From a virus: DNA of 64,000 bases. This document shows positions 59,500-64,000 of the stretch, one piece after another. The notes under the pieces are model-generated. The model was not told where the DNA came from. It saw only the letters and a program-made list of their open reading frames with translations, and did no database searches. The position numbers and the translations under genes are program-made. The DNA lies in IMG/VR virus record IMGVR_UViG_3300012920_000025, positions 22,539-86,538 of that record. One strand, written 5' to 3'. Numbering within the stretch: position 1 is the first letter of the stretch; each line of letters opens with the position of its first letter.

Positions 59500-60031
59500 A
59501 CAAGGGAACACTCGTAAGGTATGACCACAAGTTGAAACCCATTGTTGGCATTGTGAGATACGTTTGCGATGACACGGGGTTAACTAAGGTAAGGACAACG
59601 TGTGGCGACTGTATATGGGCAGTAACAAGTCAGTTAAGGATATTATAATGAGATTAACTAAGGGCAGCATTATGAGAACACCCGAACCTGCGGGCAAGTG
59701 GAACGCACACGCTTATGGCGTCTTGCTTTACCGTAAGGGCAACAAGTGGTATTATTCACTAACGAGTCCTCACGATGAAACAGGTAAGATAGTCACAAGC
59801 ATTCAATCAGCCACTCGACAGCAGATTGTTGGCAGTGTTGAAAAAGGTCTTATCAACTACTATCCAGCATCAAGGGGTAAAAGATGAACAAGGGTGTGAC
59901 ATTTAAGCATGACAATCAGGTGTGGTTAGTCATCGGGGAGGGCGCATACGATGGTTTTTATCGGTGCATCAATCCTCATGGTGAGATAAGACAGTTCAAT
60001 AAACACGTAAGCACCATCCTTGGTAAGTATG

Positions 60032-60106
60032 CAAGTAGTTGATTTTATTGGCGTTTCACGATTTCGCGATTTTTTTGTTGCGCGAGTTTTTTTTCTTTGT
60101 TAAGAT
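60032..60106 (+). promoter_or_regulatory. Early promoter with an exact IHF-consensus box
   Basis: CAAGTAGTTGATT (reverse complement AATCAACTACTTG fits WATCAANNNNTTR), then TTGCGC-17-TAAGAT with an extended TG. Confidence 0.65.
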
Positions 60107-61034
60107 GTATTCAAGTTGATGGAAGGAAAATAAATGCAAGACGTAAAACCAGCAAAAGCAGGTGACTTGATACAGATCTGGGACTTCTACGCAGAGCGAA
60201 CAGACGATCCAGCAAAGATTAGTGACCACGGTAAGTTTGGTTACATCATAGGAGAGAGCAAGCGCACCGATACTTTCTTAGATGGCGAGGGCAACACCAA
60301 ACACCTAAACAGTATTGTAGAGGGTGATGTCTTCAAGATTATATTATTCGAGGGTGACGCATCAAACATCATCCACGTTCACAAAGATAACATCAGGAGG
60401 TTAAATGCGTAGGTATCGCGTCAAGAAGTTTGGAGAGTTTGTATCAACGATTGTTATAGAGGCGGATTGCGAGGATGACGCCTACCTAGAAGCAAAAACA
60501 GCACTACCCGAATCTTGGAGCGAATGGGAATCCACATCGGATGAGGGTTACATTGAATACGATTTCATTGAAGAGGTAAAGAATGAAAGTTAGAAAAGCA
60601 GGCAAGGTAGAAACAATCTTTGGCACCAAGCGGTTTATGTCAGTTGCAACGATTAACCGTATGCGTAAGGCAGACTTGGATGACTGGTTGTTTCAACGGG
60701 GATTCATGCCAGAGGCATTCGATAACAACAAAGAAAAGCGGGAAGTCTTACTAGAAGACTTGAAAGGCGAATTGAATGCTTAAAGTACATTACCCATTAG
60801 GCACCTGCGGAACCAAGTTTGTGTTCAAGGATGTTAACAGCAACAACAAAGTGTTGGCATCATACAGTACAGCATGGGGTACGCCAGAGATCCTATTGCT
60901 TGAATGTGATGGCATGGGGGAGGTAACGAACTGGCGTGAACTATACGGGGAAAAGGGCAGTGATCTAACCCCATCAGATATATTCAAGGTTGTGGAGCGA
61001 TTCAACAATGATCCTCGTACAACGGTTTGGGGTC

Positions 61035-61099
61035 TAAAGTAGCAAAATCATTGACGATTGTCGATTTTTCTTGCGGGATTTTTTTTCTTATGGTAAGAT
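61035..61099 (+). promoter_or_regulatory. Early promoter, sister copy of 60032
   Basis: TTGCGG-17-TAAGAT. Downstream GTATT...AAGTTGATG is shared with 60032. Confidence 0.65.
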
Positions 61100-61821
61100 G
61101 TATTTGTAAGTTGATGAGGAGATAAAACACATGATGAAGTTAATCCTAGCACTAATCGCCTTAACATTCGTTGCTTGTGGTGATGTTACAGAGGAAGATT
61201 GCAGCATTTACGATCCTAACTACTCGCACACTACCGTTCGTTGTGGATTGAGTCTAAAGAACGGGGAACCAGAAGTAGTCGCAGCAGATATTATCTGTGA
61301 CCCGTCGAGGACATATGAAAGAGATATGTGTATTCCGTTTCATGAAATGCCAGAACTAGCACCTGATTGTGGACACTTCAATATATGTTGGAAGGACATC
61401 AATGAGTAGACTTACAGTAGGAACTCTCGTGAGATTATCTCGTAAAGGTAAGGATTGCCCAGATCTTAGAGCAATACCGAGAGATGACATCGGGATGGTT
61501 ATGGACACTAGAACAGATAACGTACATGGGATTGTATACAAGGTAAGATGGATGCAGGGATACTACCCGCACCATGATTGTTATCGCTCAGAATTGAAGT
61601 TTGCCGATGGCCACCAAATGAGGTTAAATAAAGAAAGAATCAGGAGAGATATTTATGCTACCAAGTACAAAAGCACTGGCAAGTGACTTGAAGTTTGCAG
61701 TGGTGGATTCACTAAGGCACCAAGGGATAGACAAGCACCAAGCACTATTGGCAGTGCTAGACCTTGTAGAGGACAGGGAAGCACTAAAGCAAACACTCCA
61801 CAGTGGTTTGGATGATTATTG

Positions 61822-61895
61822 TAACTACTTGAAAAGATTGAAGAAATACGATTTCTAAAAAAAGTTTTGACTTTTGCAAAATGATTTGCGATAAT
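61822..61895 (+). promoter_or_regulatory. Early promoter
   Basis: TAACTACTTGAAA box, AATACGATTT...AAAAAAGTTTTGACTT, TTGACT-17-GATAAT. Confidence 0.6.
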
Positions 61896-62577
61896 GTTAA
61901 AACAACGTCGAGGGAAGGAAAAAAGATTATGTCAAAATCAACCAATGAGCAAATCGTTCACGCTTGGTCAACAGGTAGAGCAGCACAGAACCACAGAGGT
62001 TCATTCACTACCGATGGCAAAGACCTTTACTCGTACCGCCTAATGATAGGCACGACGAATGAGGAGAACGAGAAAGTATTGTTTAACTATACATCAGGTG
62101 GCATGGGGTATTACTCACAGACAACATCCTGTCACGTAGGCAAAGCAAGACTCGCTGCTGATTGGATTCAGATCAACGACGTTGAACTCGTAAGGGTATA
62201 AATAAAAAACACAACCAAGCACAACGCAAGTGTTACAGATAACGCACGGAGGATAGGCAATGGCACCACGGGATAAAGACCGTAACGGGAATCGGTCCCC
62301 CGCTCATATAAAAAAACCTTATATAAATTAAGCATTTAGGAGTGCCTATGAGTAGACGTAAGAGAAAAAAGACAACGGTTAGTAGTGCATGGTCACGTAC
62401 ACGTAAGCGTAGAAAATAGAAAAAACGCAGTGTTTTCAATATGTTACAATGGGTATGTGTATATAAAGGGTATATAGTGTAAAGCGGTGTAGGGTAGTGT
62501 TACAGGGTGTATCTAGCGCAGTGGCGTTAACACCCTAACTACCCCAACCGTTAGAAAACTAACAGGAAAACGACACA

Positions 62578-62832
62578 ATGTTAACATGGGAACACTTCAA
62601 AGATAAAGACGGCGACCAAACCTGGTACTGCGACTGGCCAGAAATAGACCGCGTAGCCCTCATAAAAATGACAGATAAAAAACAGGACTACGCCGTAGTC
62701 GTTGGCACCCTAACGGATGCCGAGTACATGACCCGGGCCGAAACCCTATCCAACGCTAAAGCAAAAGCTATGCGTTTCATGCTGCTAGTACTTAATGATG
62801 TTGATATAGAGAGATTAAAATGGAAGATTTAG
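62578..62832 (+). CDS. Hypothetical protein
   Basis: AGGA RBS, 84 aa. Confidence 0.5.
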   Translation: MLTWEHFKDKDGDQTWYCDWPEIDRVALIKMTDKKQDYAVVVGTLTDAEYMTRAETLSNAKAKAMRFMLLVLNDVDIERLKWKI

Positions 62833-62934
62833 AAGGGCATCGCGCCCTGGTTAATTATCGGTATACCATATGGGATCTACTTATGGCCCTAACGGGTACT
62901 GCGCTATATATGTTTTTGGTATTCGGAGCGCTGG

Positions 62935-62999
62935 CAAGTATGTGATATTATTAAGTTTTTACGATTTATGTTGACTTTTATTTTTGGTTATGGTTTAAT
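62935..62999 (+). promoter_or_regulatory. Early promoter
   Basis: CAAGTATGTGATA box, TTGACT-17-TTTAAT with an extended TG. Confidence 0.6.
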
Positions 63000-63042
63000 G
63001 TTTCCAGAAGTTGAGGCGAAAACAAAAACGAAAGGAAACGCC

Positions 63043-63252
63043 ATGAATAACCCTATCGCAAAGAACAAACTGTTCGCTACCCTTAACGCTAACGATGTGG
63101 CTGGCATCATTGCTGGTCTACCTGAGAAGCACCGAATGGACGCCTACCTTATATACTTTGGTACTGTTAACATGCTCTCAGAGTGTGTTGATGCTGCAAT
63201 TGAAGTATACAATCACCGCGACGCAGAAGAATATCCAGTTGTAAGTAACTGA
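63043..63252 (+). CDS. Hypothetical protein
   Basis: AAGGA RBS before ATG 63043 (MNNPIAKNKLF). Confidence 0.55.
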   Translation: MNNPIAKNKLFATLNANDVAGIIAGLPEKHRMDAYLIYFGTVNMLSECVDAAIEVYNHRDAEEYPVVSN

Positions 63253-63315
63253 TATCATTGAGGTAATACGATTTATTAAAAAAGTTTTGACTTAGTAACC
63301 ATCATTTAGTACATT
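63242..63315 (+). promoter_or_regulatory. Early promoter, sister copy of 61822
   Basis: TAAGTAACTGATA box, AATACGATTT...AAAAAAGTTTTGACTT, TTGACT-17-TACATT. Confidence 0.6.
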
Positions 63316-63368
63316 ATAAGAGTGGACAGGGGGTTCACACTTAACAACTACCTTGAAAGGGTAACATT

Positions 63369-63809
63369 ATGAGCAACTCAGGTAACGTAGCAAACTTCAG
63401 TGATATGAACGAGATGAACGACATTGCAGCACAGATGGCTGCATTGAAGGCACGTGCCGCTGAACTCAAGGCACGTAACAAGAACAAGATTTCAATGAAG
63501 GTATCAACCAAGGGCGGTATCTCTATTTATGGTCTTCAGCGAATGCCTGTTACCCTGTATGCAGAGCAGTGGGAGCGCATCATTGACATTTGCAAGTCTG
63601 GTGACCTTGGCACGTTTATCAGTGACAATGAAGCAATCCTTACTCGTAAGGAGACAAAACAGGAGGCTGCACCAGTAGTCGCCAAGAAACCTGCCAAGGC
63701 CAAGAAGGCAACCAAGAAGAACGGACCTACCAGCGCGGACCTTGCCAAGATTGAAGCGCTAAACGCTAAAGTATCCCGCATGCCTGCCAGCGATTTATTC
63801 GAAGATTAA
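63369..63809 (+). CDS. Hypothetical protein with a Lys/Ala/Pro-rich tail
   Basis: KVSTKGGISIYGLQRMPVTLYAEQW core followed by AKKPAKAKKATKK. Confidence 0.6.
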   Translation: MSNSGNVANFSDMNEMNDIAAQMAALKARAAELKARNKNKISMKVSTKGGISIYGLQRMPVTLYAEQWERIIDICKSGDLGTFISDNEAILTRKETKQEAAPVVAKKPAKAKKATKKNGPTSADLAKIEALNAKVSRMPASDLFED

Positions 63810-63828
63810 AAAGAAATAGTTTCAAAAA

Positions 63829-63861
63829 GGGGTTGCAATCGCAGCCCCGTTTCCCTATACT
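63829..63861 (+). promoter_or_regulatory. Hairpin overlapping a sigma70-type promoter
   Basis: GGGGTTGC-AATC-GCAGCCCC hairpin overlapping TTGCAA-17-TATACT. Confidence 0.5.
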
Positions 63862-64000
63862 CTAAGAGTAGTCAATGGAGACTACCATTTTTGAAAGGGT
63901 CCTTATGGATACTTTGATTATCGCTTTCTTCCCTATTACTCTTTACTTCGGTTTCATGACCGCTTGTCTCGTTAGCATTGGAGGTTAATCAGATGAATAA

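Larger units (their letters stand above)
59496..62201 (+). other. Cluster of small putative early CDS (59496-59648, 59648-59887, 59884-60042, 60134-60412, 60405-60593, 60583-60783, 60776-61042, 61131-61409, 61402-61686, 61655-61858, 61929-62201)
   Basis: Coupled + strand ORFs with RBSs. 61131 has a lipobox (FVAC). Confidence 0.6.

Noticed and set aside
54758-63315. Repeated intergenic sequences as a CRISPR array or attC-like cassette sites
   Set aside because: Copies are hundreds to thousands of bases apart, separated by whole genes, non-palindromic, and contain -35/-10 elements at 17-bp spacing. No cas gene or integron integrase is visible.
349-63781. The many minus-strand ORFs and short alternate-frame plus-strand ORFs in the track
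   Set aside because: They lie antisense to, or inside, well-supported + strand genes, lack recognisable motifs and look like shadow ORFs.
1-64000. Bacterial chromosome or prophage, suggested by dnaE, groEL, clpP, iscU and the guaB-like gene
   Set aside because: These genes are interleaved with T4-type tail, gp32, UvsX and gp41 genes on one strand without bacterial operon context. No integrase, att site or ribosomal genes are visible.
1-64000. Stop-codon reassignment
   Set aside because: Conserved genes are full length under the standard code and end in TAA, TAG and TGA. No suppressor tRNA was seen.

Overview
This window is a 64-kb segment of a large, T4-related (myovirus-like) dsDNA bacteriophage genome, not a bacterial chromosome. 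Essentially every gene is on the + strand, genes are tightly packed with ATGA/TAATG overlaps, and the standard genetic code fits. Gene order: (1) tail/baseplate module (gp26/gp51-like pair with a candidate +1 frameshift, two tandem paralogous tape-measure-like genes, tube-initiator, gp53-like and hub-like genes); (2) replication and nucleotide module (370-aa exonuclease-less family A polymerase, degenerate tubulin/FtsZ-like protein, gp32-like SSB, UvsX/RecA, 5'-3' exonuclease, DnaB/gp41 helicase, class II RNR, IscU, IscA, GroES, ThyX, DnaE, dUTPase, IMPDH/GMPR); (3) proteostasis and auxiliary genes (ClpP, GroEL, glutaredoxin, Hsp20, FKBP, UvsE, thymidine kinase, endolysin) and a Myxococcota-style Cys-rich VWA lipoprotein; (4) an MTase-nuclease-MTase-nuclease cassette, a ParB-like protein, an Rnl1-type RNA ligase, tRNA-Arg(UCU) and tRNA-Ile2(CAU); (5) a putative early region of small ORFs, many SH3/KOW-like, with a MoxR-type AAA + VWA/metallopeptidase pair and a family of sigma70-type promoters carrying helically phased IHF-like boxes. 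All protein calls come from motifs recognised by eye; no database searches were run.
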